64,000 bases of DNA from Dehalococcoidia bacterium. Its GTDB lineage: Bacteria > Chloroflexota > Dehalococcoidia > UBA2979. Position numbers and translations under genes: made by a program. The notes beneath the pieces were generated by a model. That model made no database searches and was not told where the DNA came from. It saw only the letters and a list, made by a program, of their open reading frames with translations. Within the stretch, counting starts at the first letter, position 1. The number at the start of each line of letters is the position of its first letter. The stretch lies in contig OZ252250.1 in NCBI GenBank assembly GCA_965249675.1, positions 300,941-364,940 of the forward strand, read 5' to 3'. Positions 56,499 to 64,000 of this stretch are shown piece after piece.

Positions 56499-56500
56499 TA

Positions 56501-57176
56501 TGTTTCGCGACGTGGCAGCGGTACGACGCGAGCGGCGGACCTAGACCGGACCGAGGGGGCGCAAGGGCACGGTGCGCACCTACCCGCTCACCCGGCGCGC
56601 GTCCCGCTACTACTGCGGCGGTTCCCTTTTTCGGCGACACGGGCAGCCGGACGAACAAGCGCCGGATGCGCCACGCCGCCGGTTCGTGTGTCTATCGCCA
56701 GTCCTTTAGCTCAGACCTCCTTGAGCGGCAGGCCCGCGAGTTGGCGGTGGAGCGGCCGAGACTGCCACCCGACAGCATCAAGCGCATCGCCATCGCCGCG
56801 ACGAGAGCACCGGAGGGCAGCCATGCTGTGAAAGTGCAACGGCTGCAGAGCGCACTCGAGAAGTTGCGACAGCTATACACCTGGGACGACATCGACAAGG
56901 CCGAACACCGCAAGCGGCGCGGTGAAATTGAGCGTCAGTTGAAGGAGGTGTCCCCGAACCCACCGGTCGAGCTCAGGAAGTTCGAGCGGGGGATGGAGTA
57001 CCTCTCGCCGCTCGGCCAGACGTGGGATGACGCGCCGCTGGAGGAACGTCGCGAGATCGTCAATCTGGTGTTTGAGGAGGTACGGATCGGAGCCAGAGGC
57101 ATCCAACACGTCGAGCTTCAGGAGCCCGACCGGTCGCTCCTCAGCGCACGTGGTCGGATTGGTCGGGGAGGCCGGA
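56501..57176 (+). repeat. 676-bp direct repeat, copy 2 (recombinase 3-prime fragment running into tRNA-Pro)
   Basis: Matches 50539-51214. ORF 56666-57181 repeats the recombinase C-terminus and stops at a TGA inside the tRNA T-loop. The left edge abuts the IS3 fragment. Confidence 0.9.
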
Positions 57177-57236
57177 TTTGAACCGACGACCACCTGTCCC
57201 CCAGACAGGTGCGCTACCAGACTGCGCCACTCCCCG
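57160..57236 (-). tRNA. tRNA-Pro (anticodon GGG), 77 nt with encoded CCA
   Basis: The minus strand reads CGGGGAG TG GCGC AGTCTGGTA GCGC A CCTGT CTGGGGG ACAGG TGGTC GTCGG TTCAAAT CCGGC CTCCCCG A CCA. All four stems pair, with one G-U pair in the T stem. U33 and G37 are present. Confidence 0.85.
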
Positions 57237-57429
57237 AGCGGCACTCATGCTACCAGAGCTCCCCCACCAACCCGCCGTCTCTGACCGGCTCGGCTCGTCC
57301 CATCTCTGAACGGGAGCGCCAGGCCAGTGCCGGCACCAGGCGCCGCGCGGCCAGCAGCCGGCCGCGCTATCTTGGAGCGGTCCGGCGTGGCGGGCCAACG
57401 AACCGCCTGGGAGAGAGGGAACCAAGACG

Positions 57430-57864
57430 ATGCCCGAGTACATTCCGAGCCCTGCCCAATGGGTTCGTGATCAGGTCGAGGTCTATGAACGAACCAGTGG
57501 CGCCGAGGGGACGACACTGCGCGAGAGCGGCATGCCGGTGATCATCGTGACCAACACCGGCAACCAGACGGGAGCGATCCGCAAGACGCCGCTCATGCGC
57601 GTCAGGGACGGGGACAACTACGTGCTCGTCGGCTCCAAGGGCGGGGCACCCGAGCACCCTGTCTGGGTGTACAACCTGCGCGCCAACGGCGCCGTCGAGA
57701 TCCGCGATATCGCCGAGGTCACGGCGATGCAGGTGCACGAGGTTCATGACGAGGCGGAACGATCGCGGCTGTGGTCGATCGCCATCGAGGCCTACCCCCC
57801 ATACGCTGACTATCAGGAGCGAACCGACCGGAAGATCCCGGTCTTCGTCGCCGAACCGGTCTGA
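57430..57864 (+). CDS. Deazaflavin (F420H2)-dependent nitroreductase family protein (DDN-like)
   Basis: 144 aa. IRKTPLMRV..GDNYVLVGSKGGAPEHPVWVYNLRANG and AYPPYADYQERTDRKIPVFV are present. Confidence 0.85.
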   Translation: MPEYIPSPAQWVRDQVEVYERTSGAEGTTLRESGMPVIIVTNTGNQTGAIRKTPLMRVRDGDNYVLVGSKGGAPEHPVWVYNLRANGAVEIRDIAEVTAMQVHEVHDEAERSRLWSIAIEAYPPYADYQERTDRKIPVFVAEPV

Positions 57865-58002
57865 GGGGACCCTCGGCGCTTCCCCGGGGACCGGGGCCGC
57901 GGCGAGCCCGAGGGGCGGTCCGCACTCGAACGCCCGCAGCCGGTTGATCGAGGTCGCCGCTCCTCCCGATAATCGTTCGAGGAACGGACGCTGGGAGGCG
58001 AT

Positions 58003-58797
58003 GTGGGCCGCAATCGCAGGCGACGACGGGGCCGGCTACCGACCAGAGACGAGACGCGCCAACCCTCGGCAACGGGTTCTCCGCCCTCCGCTAAACCACC
58101 GTGGCGCGAGACCATCGACTCCTGGGGTGGCCTGACCGTCGTCGGCTCGCTCGCCGGCATCGTGATCCTCGTGGTCGTCATCGTCGTCTTCAACGCTCGT
58201 GGCGGCACAGCCGGCGGCGGCGGCAACGACTACGTTCCAACCGAGCGGAGCCAGGTCGACGGCCGGGTCGAGGGCGACCCGAATGCGCCCGTTCGCATCA
58301 TCATCTTTGAGGATTTCCAGTGCCCTGCCTGCAAGCGATTCAACGACGAGATCGCGCCCGGACTCCTCGCGGACTTCGTCGAAACCGGCGTCGCATCAGT
58401 CGAGTTCCGGCATCTCGCATTCCTCGGCCCGGAGTCAGTAGAGGCGGCCGCGGCCTCTGAGTGCGCCCTGGACCAGAATCGGTTCTGGGACTACCACGAC
58501 CTGCTCTTCCTCAGGCAGGGGTTTCAGAATCGTGGTGTCTTCTCGACGGGGAACCTCAAGAGCTTCGCCCGAGAACTCCAGGCGGAGTTCTCCGACTTCG
58601 ATCTCGATGCCTTCGATGACTGCCTCGGCTCAGGCCGCAAGCGCGCACTGATCGAGGCATCGCTGGTCGAGGCGAGCCGGCTCGGGGTGCGCAGCACGCC
58701 GAGCGTCTTCATCAACGGCAGTCCCTTCGGAGGAGCCGGCGCCTACGAGGACTACCGCCTGGTGATCCAGGCTGCAGCTGACGCTGCGGGCAATTAG
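58003..58797 (+). CDS. DsbA-family thiol:disulfide oxidoreductase with an N-terminal membrane anchor
   Basis: 264 aa, GTG start after GGGAGG. TM segment LTVVGSLAGIVILVVVIVVF. FEDFQCPACKRF (CPAC) is present. Confidence 0.8.
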   Translation: MGRNRRRRRGRLPTRDETRQPSATGSPPSAKPPWRETIDSWGGLTVVGSLAGIVILVVVIVVFNARGGTAGGGGNDYVPTERSQVDGRVEGDPNAPVRIIIFEDFQCPACKRFNDEIAPGLLADFVETGVASVEFRHLAFLGPESVEAAAASECALDQNRFWDYHDLLFLRQGFQNRGVFSTGNLKSFARELQAEFSDFDLDAFDDCLGSGRKRALIEASLVEASRLGVRSTPSVFINGSPFGGAGAYEDYRLVIQAAADAAGN

Positions 58798-58947
58798 CCT
58801 CGCTCCCCGCTCCGCGAGACCGGGGCTAGCGGCTCACCACAGCGGGGAGTGTCGAGCGGGCTCATCAGCGCGCTCCCGGCGCCGCTCGGGCGCTGGGGAG
58901 GTGCGGCCGCTGCCCGGCAGCGACTGGTGAGGTCGGCTACTCGCAGC

Positions 58948-59733
58948 CTAGCGAGAACCGAGCCCGAATCCTCCGATCAGCGAACCCTCGCCGCGGCTCT
59001 GACCGCCGGCGGTGGGGGCATTCTGCAGGATGCGATTGGCCAGTCTCGAGAAGGGGAGGGATTGCAGCCAGACCCGCCCATGTCCGGACAGGCTCGCCAG
59101 GAAGATCCCCTCGCCACCGAACAACATCGACTTGAGGTTGCCGGCCCGCTCAATCGAATACTCGATGCCCGGCTCCATCGCCACGAGGCACCCGGTGTCG
59201 ACCAGTATTTTCTCGCCGGCGAGACGACGTTCGACCACGGTGCCGCCGACCGAGAGGAAGGCCATGCCGTCGCCCTTCAGGCGTTGCAGGATGAAGCCCT
59301 CACCGCCGAAGAGCCCGGTGCCGAGTCGCCGCTGGAAAGCGATATCGATGCGCGTCCCCAGCGCGGCGCACAGGAAGGCATCCTTCTGCGCGATCAGCTC
59401 TCCGCCCACCTCGCGAAGGTCGACCGGCACGACCTTCCCGGGAAATTCAGCGGAGAAGGCCACGACGCGTTTGCGGCGCCCCCCATTGGTGAAGTGGGTG
59501 ATGAAGATCGACTCGTTGGCGAGTGCTCGCTTCCCCGCATCCCTCAGCTTGCCCCAGAGGCCCTGGTCGGGATTGGCACCGTCGCCCATCTTGGTCTCGA
59601 AGGAGATCTCGGAGTCGAGGAACATCATCGCCCCGGCCTCACCGATCACGGTCTCGCCGGGGTCGAGTTCCACCTCGACGAACTGCAGATCGTCTCCGTG
59701 AATCTGGTAGTCGATCACATCGCTCGGTCGCAT
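58948..59733 (-). CDS. TIGR00266/AIM24 (DUF124) family protein
   Basis: 261 aa. [25 protein letters not shown] and [19 protein letters not shown] are typical. Confidence 0.8.
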   Translation of the reverse strand: MRPSDVIDYQIHGDDLQFVEVELDPGETVIGEAGAMMFLDSEISFETKMGDGANPDQGLWGKLRDAGKRALANESIFITHFTNGGRRKRVVAFSAEFPGKVVPVDLREVGGELIAQKDAFLCAALGTRIDIAFQRRLGTGLFGGEGFILQRLKGDGMAFLSVGGTVVERRLAGEKILVDTGCLVAMEPGIEYSIERAGNLKSMLFGGEGIFLASLSGHGRVWLQSLPFSRLANRILQNAPTAGGQSRGEGSLIGGFGLGSR

Positions 59734-59927
59734 GGCAACTCCTCTGATCCGCTCCTCATCCTCTGATGATTGTCCTCGATCACGCCGAACGCCGCCCGCA
59801 GTGCAGCCCCGGCCACGGTCGATTTCCGCTCTGCTATTCTCTTCGCGACGGCCGTGCGGCCGTCTGGCACAAGACCCGCCCCGGCCGCCGCGACGATCAG
59901 CCGGGGTCTTTTCCCGGAGGCTATCAC

Positions 59928-60815
59928 GTGAGGATCGCGATCACCGGCAGCTCGGGACTGGTCGGCTCGGCCCTCACGCCTGCCCTGGGGGCGGCCGGCC
60001 ACAAGCTCGTTCCGATCCGTCACGGAGCGGCTTCCGAGCCGACCGCTCAGTGGGATCCCGAAGCGGGGTGGCTCCACCCGGCGATCCTTGAGGGAGCTGA
60101 TGCCGTCGTGCATCTCGCCGGGACCTCGATCGGCAACGGCCGTTGGACGGACACGCAGAGGCAGTCGATCTGGGCGAGCCGCGTGCTGGGGGCGCGTCTC
60201 CTCGTCGACCGGATCCGATCGATGACGGACCGTCCTCAGGTCCTGATCACCTCATCAGCGGTCGGATTCTATGGAGACCGGGGGGACGAGCGGCTCACCG
60301 AGCAGTCCCCCCGCGGCGAGGGGTTCCTCTCACACGTCTGTACCGACTGGGAGGCCGAGGCCTTCAAGGCCGAGGAGCTCGGCGTGCGAGTGGTCGCGGT
60401 GCGCAGTGGCGTCCTCCTGCGCAGCCTGCTGCCGGTCGTGCTGCGCCCCTTTCAGTTCGGGCTGGGTGGCCCACTGGGAAGCGGGAGGCAGTACTTCGCC
60501 TGGGCGGCCCTCGACGACGTCGTCGGGATCTATCAGCACCTGCTCGAGGCCGACGACATCAGCGGACCTGTGAACGCTGTCGGACCGACCGAGGCCTCCA
60601 ACCGCGAGTTCACGAGGGAGTTGGCGGCGGCCCTGCACCGCCCGGCCATCCTGCCGTTGCCGAGCTTCGCGCTCAACCTGATCATGGGAGCGGATAAGGC
60701 ACGCGAGACCGCACTGGTCAGTCAGAGGGTCGTCCCCGATCGCCTCCTCAAGTCGGGATACGAGTTCACGCACCCGACCATCGGCAGCGCCATCCGCGCG
60801 GCTCTTTCGGACTGA
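59928..60815 (+). CDS. TIGR01777-family SDR epimerase-like protein (NAD-binding domain plus DUF1731)
   Basis: ORF trimmed to GTG 59928 after [21 protein letters not shown] Rossmann motif and a C-terminal [18 protein letters not shown]. Confidence 0.8.
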   Translation: MRIAITGSSGLVGSALTPALGAAGHKLVPIRHGAASEPTAQWDPEAGWLHPAILEGADAVVHLAGTSIGNGRWTDTQRQSIWASRVLGARLLVDRIRSMTDRPQVLITSSAVGFYGDRGDERLTEQSPRGEGFLSHVCTDWEAEAFKAEELGVRVVAVRSGVLLRSLLPVVLRPFQFGLGGPLGSGRQYFAWAALDDVVGIYQHLLEADDISGPVNAVGPTEASNREFTRELAAALHRPAILPLPSFALNLIMGADKARETALVSQRVVPDRLLKSGYEFTHPTIGSAIRAALSD

Positions 60816-60873
60816 CCGCACCCAGGTCGTCGCCGCTGCCCGCCGCGGCCTGGGCGGCGCCGCCCCTGTCGCG

Positions 60874-62109
60874 CTAGCCGGCGACGCGCCGGATCGGCAG
60901 GTGCTTCGGCCCCCTCAGGTTGAAGTTCGCACGGTAGGGGATCTCGTCCTCGGGGATCGCCAGTTCGAAATCCGGGAACTCCCTGAGCAGCGACAGAAGC
61001 GCGCACTTGGTCTCCAGCCGAGCCAGGTGTTGGCCGAGACAGATGTGGATCCAGTCCCCGAAGCCGACGTGGCGCTGGCGCGGCCTCGTGAAGTCGAGGA
61101 CGTTCGGGTCGGGGAAGACATCCTCGTCACGGTTCGCCGAGGCGAGCACGACCACGAGCTGCTCGCCGGCCTTGATCTCCTGCCCCTGGAACTCGACCGG
61201 CTCCAGCGCCAGGCGGGAGGTGAACTGCACCGAGCCGTCGTAGCGGAGGAACTCCTCGATCGCCACGTCAATCAGCGACGGATCGTCTCGGAGCGCCTGT
61301 TGCTGTTCGGGGAACTTCGTCATCGCCAGCACCGCGTTGGAGATCAGGTTGGTGGTGGTCTCGTTCCCGGCCAGGAGCAACAGGTTGACCGACGACAGCA
61401 CCTCGGCGTCGCTGAGCTTGCTCTCCTCATCGTGCGCCGCGACCAGCCGACCGATGAAATCGTTAGACGGATTCTCGTGCCGCACTTCGATCTGCGCCTG
61501 CAGGTATTCCCGGAACGCGACGATCTCCCGGTTGCGGGCGTGGATCTCCTCGTCCGTGCTCTCCGGCCGGAAGGGCTCGGTGGCAGCGTCGGACCACCTC
61601 TTGAACTGGTCGCCGAGCTCAGGTGGGATCCCGATCATCTCGGCGATCACCGTGACCGGTAGCGGTACCGCGAGGTCCTCGGCCACATCGAAACTCTCGC
61701 CCTGGGCCGCGCCCTCGAGTAACCGATCGGTGATCTCCTGGATGTGGGGCTCCTGTGCCCTGATCTTGGCGGGCGTGAAGTCCCGGTCGAGAAGGCGCCG
61801 TAGCCGCGTATGGTCCGGGGGGTCCGCGCCCAGCATCGTCAGGGTGCCGAGCGGTGCCACGTCCTCGCGGTGCATCTCCGGCCGGCCGCTCACCTGCACG
61901 CCGCCGCTGCGCTGCGGGCGAACGTTCGAGAATCTGCTCGGGTCGCGCAGCACCGCTCTCACGTCTTCGTACTTGGTGAGCAGCCAGGCCTGCATCTGGT
62001 CGGACCAGACGATCGGTGCATCGTGACGCAGCCGCTCGTAGAAGCGGTGCGGCCGGGCGATCGCATCGAAGTCAAAGAAATCGAAACCGATGTCGGTCTT
62101 GGTGGTCAT
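60874..62109 (-). CDS. Cytochrome P450
   Basis: ORF trimmed to ATG 62109. I-helix LLLAGNETT, EEFLRYD (ExxR), and the Cys-ligand loop FGDWIHICLG. Confidence 0.85.
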   Translation of the reverse strand: MTTKTDIGFDFFDFDAIARPHRFYERLRHDAPIVWSDQMQAWLLTKYEDVRAVLRDPSRFSNVRPQRSGGVQVSGRPEMHREDVAPLGTLTMLGADPPDHTRLRRLLDRDFTPAKIRAQEPHIQEITDRLLEGAAQGESFDVAEDLAVPLPVTVIAEMIGIPPELGDQFKRWSDAATEPFRPESTDEEIHARNREIVAFREYLQAQIEVRHENPSNDFIGRLVAAHDEESKLSDAEVLSSVNLLLLAGNETTTNLISNAVLAMTKFPEQQQALRDDPSLIDVAIEEFLRYDGSVQFTSRLALEPVEFQGQEIKAGEQLVVVLASANRDEDVFPDPNVLDFTRPRQRHVGFGDWIHICLGQHLARLETKCALLSLLREFPDFELAIPEDEIPYRANFNLRGPKHLPIRRVAG

Positions 62110-62173
62110 GGCGCTGCTCCCCACTTCCGTCTATCTCGCCGCTCGCCTCAGTGGGCGGGCCGGCACTACTCAA

Positions 62174-63079
62174 TCAACCGTTTCGGCTCACAAACCGGCC
62201 GACCGCCTCGATGGCGCGGCGGCTCTCGGGCGCGTCGGGCACGAAGAACGGGTAGACGTGGAACGCCTCGGGCTCCACGTGGAGCGTCACCTCGACTCCG
62301 GCCGCCCCGGCCCGCTCGGCCACGCGCAGCGTGTCATCGAGCAGCACCTCATCGTCCCCGACGTTCAGATAGAGCGGCGGGAAGCCCGTGAAGTCGGCAT
62401 AGGCCGGTGAGACGGTGGGACTGCGCGGGTCTCCGTCTGCGACGTAGAGCGCAGCAGCGCCTCCCACGCCCTCGGCAGAGATGATCGGGTCTCGCGTCGC
62501 CCGCGAGGCCAGCGACGGGCTCTCGCAGGCGAGGTCGGTCCAGGCCGAGAACGTTGCCGCCGCCTCGGGGAGCGTCTCGCCCCGATCGCGCAGTGAGACG
62601 ATCGTCGCCAGAGTCAGGCCGCCGCCCGCCGAGTCGCCGGCGATGAAAACGGCCGACGCGGCGCTCTCACCCTCCGGCGAGTGGGTGCGGGCGTAGAGGT
62701 AGGCGGCGACACCGTCCGCCACCGCCGCTGGATGGGGATCTTCGGGCGCCATCCGGTAGTGGACGTTGAGCACGACACAGCCTGAGGCCCTGGAGAGGTC
62801 TGCCGCCAGCCGCCGGTGGCTGATCGGTGAGCCGACGCTGTAGCCGCCGCCGTGGAAGTAGACGAGGCGGCGACCCGCGTCCGCCCCGGGGACCGACACC
62901 CAGTCGGCCGTCCACTCGTCTTCGGCGACGGGACACACGGTCGCATCGTCTGGCGCCATCTGCCCGAACATCGCATCGAACCCGGCCCGCCGCTCGGCCA
63001 GCGGTGGCTGGTTCTCCGGATCGGGGGCCGGCATCGCGGCGCGAGCGGCCAGAAAGGCGGAGAACTCGGCTGAGGGCAT
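62174..63079 (-). CDS. Alpha/beta hydrolase, hormone-sensitive-lipase-like esterase
   Basis: 301 aa. The oxyanion HGGG (YFHGGGY) and nucleophile GDSAGG motifs are present. Confidence 0.85.
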   Translation of the reverse strand: MPSAEFSAFLAARAAMPAPDPENQPPLAERRAGFDAMFGQMAPDDATVCPVAEDEWTADWVSVPGADAGRRLVYFHGGGYSVGSPISHRRLAADLSRASGCVVLNVHYRMAPEDPHPAAVADGVAAYLYARTHSPEGESAASAVFIAGDSAGGGLTLATIVSLRDRGETLPEAAATFSAWTDLACESPSLASRATRDPIISAEGVGGAAALYVADGDPRSPTVSPAYADFTGFPPLYLNVGDDEVLLDDTLRVAERAGAAGVEVTLHVEPEAFHVYPFFVPDAPESRRAIEAVGRFVSRNG

Positions 63080-63087
63080 TTCGGCTC

Positions 63088-64000
63088 CTAGTCTCCGCCG
63101 GACGCAGCGGCCGCCGCCGCCTCTTCGGCGACCGGGCGACCGTACGCCTCGAACTCGATGATCTCATCATCGGCGAGCGGCTGCATGTACTGCTTCCGTT
63201 TGAACGCCTCTTCGATATAGGGCGCGAGCTCTTCCATCTTCTTTCGCTGGCGCTCCTCCTCCTCGGCATGGAACTCGGGCATCACGTCCGATGCGAAGAG
63301 GCGCAGCGAGTCGCAGATGTCGGCGTGCTTGTTGTTACCGCCCTGCTGGATGAAGAGTGTCTGGTCGACCCCCATATCCGCGAACTGGCGCAGATGCGCG
63401 CGCACCTGGTCAGGTGTGCCGATCGCACCGCGGGCGGCCGTGATGTTGCCGGCCATGTCCCCGGACACGAGATTGTCACGCTGGGCCAGGTACTGCTGCC
63501 AGATGTCGGTGCGCCCCGGCTTGTGGTTGCCGGCCCGGTAGAAGTGACCGAGAGCGAACTGGAAGAAGCGCAGGCCGTCGATCCCTCGGTCGAGCGCCAC
63601 CTGCTCGTCAGGGTTGATCGAGAAGCCGCTGAGGAGGGCGATGTTCGGGTTCACGGCATGCCCGATCGGCACGCACTCGTTCTTGAAGGTCTCGTAGTAG
63701 TCGGTCACCCAGTGCTGCGCCTCGTCGTAGTCGACGAAGGTGAAGGTCAGCGCGCCGATCCCCAGCTGGGCCGCGAGGTGGATCGTCTCGCGATTCGAGC
63801 AGGCGACCCAGAGCGGCGGGTGCGGACGCTGCACCGGCTTCGGCACAACGTTTCGGGTCGGCATCGACCAGTATTTCCCCTGGTAGCCCGGGTAGGGGTC
63901 CATCGCCATCATGTTGGCGACCTGCTCGACGTTCTCTCGCCACTGCTCCCGCTTGATCTCCGGGTCGATCGCGAAGCCCTCAAGCTCAGAACGCGACGCC
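63088..64000 (-). CDS. LLM-class flavin/F420-dependent oxidoreductase, C-terminal part (gene continues past the right edge)
   Basis: The open frame reaches position 64000 on the minus strand. QRPHPPLWVACS and GALTFTFVDYDEA are present, and the C-terminus is typical of luciferase-like monooxygenases. Confidence 0.8.
   Translation of the reverse strand, partial: ASRSELEGFAIDPEIKREQWRENVEQVANMMAMDPYPGYQGKYWSMPTRNVVPKPVQRPHPPLWVACSNRETIHLAAQLGIGALTFTFVDYDEAQHWVTDYYETFKNECVPIGHAVNPNIALLSGFSINPDEQVALDRGIDGLRFFQFALGHFYRAGNHKPGRTDIWQQYLAQRDNLVSGDMAGNITAARGAIGTPDQVRAHLRQFADMGVDQTLFIQQGGNNKHADICDSLRLFASDVMPEFHAEEEERQRKKMEELAPYIEEAFKRKQYMQPLADDEIIEFEAYGRPVAEEAAAAAASGGD

Larger units (their letters stand above)
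47212..57176. mobile_element. Decayed composite genomic island at the 3-prime end of tRNA-Pro(GGG); apparently two tandem serine-recombinase-type elements
   Basis: GC drops visibly right after the DUF1801 stop. The content is mobile or defence-type. The 17-nt tRNA 3-prime core TGGTCGGGGAGGCCGGA lies at 57160-57176 and 51198-51214, with a 12/17 degenerate copy at 47212-47228. Confidence 0.6.

Overview
GC-rich bacterial chromosomal window (GC judged by eye, not computed). Four F420-type oxidoreductases, a PAC2 protein and strong GC3 codon bias suggest an actinobacterial or Chloroflexi-like lineage. 1-47.2 kb is mostly core metabolism and transport: a partial peptide-type ABC binding protein, a secreted M16 peptidase, a DrrAB-like ABC-2 exporter, an ICL/PEP-mutase family enzyme, a rhodanese, GNAT, a YcaQ/AlkZ-like protein, lysA, phoU, a large secreted tandem MA-clan peptidase-like protein, pstSCAB, a doc toxin remnant, an IMPase, a MeaA-like B12-dependent acyl-CoA mutase beside a cobalamin-riboswitch-controlled BtuFCD-like importer, M20 peptidase, PAC2, a redoxin, a two-subunit CoA-transferase, amt, sthA-like, DUF1800-DUF1501-NHL, a HEPN/MNT pair, an APH-family kinase and DUF1801. 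47.2-57.2 kb is a decayed composite island at the 3-prime end of tRNA-Pro(GGG). It holds a DUF2357-like nuclease remnant, a small-protein/dprA-like/comF-like operon, two large-serine-recombinase 3-prime fragments lying in 676-bp direct repeats that each end in the 17-nt tRNA 3-prime core, an intact Fic gene, an ImmA-like gene split by a complete IS21 element with a 6-bp target duplication, and an IS3 fragment. 57.2-64 kb returns to core-type genes: DDN, DsbA-like, AIM24, an epimerase, P450, an esterase and a partial LLM. Main hunt results are the tandem island architecture, the island-borne dprA/comF module as a candidate conflict system, a high density of disrupted core genes with mixed lesion types, an in-frame UGA followed by a hairpin in the CoA-transferase gene, and several exact short tandem duplications plus a 15-bp minisatellite. 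No rRNA genes or CRISPR arrays were seen.
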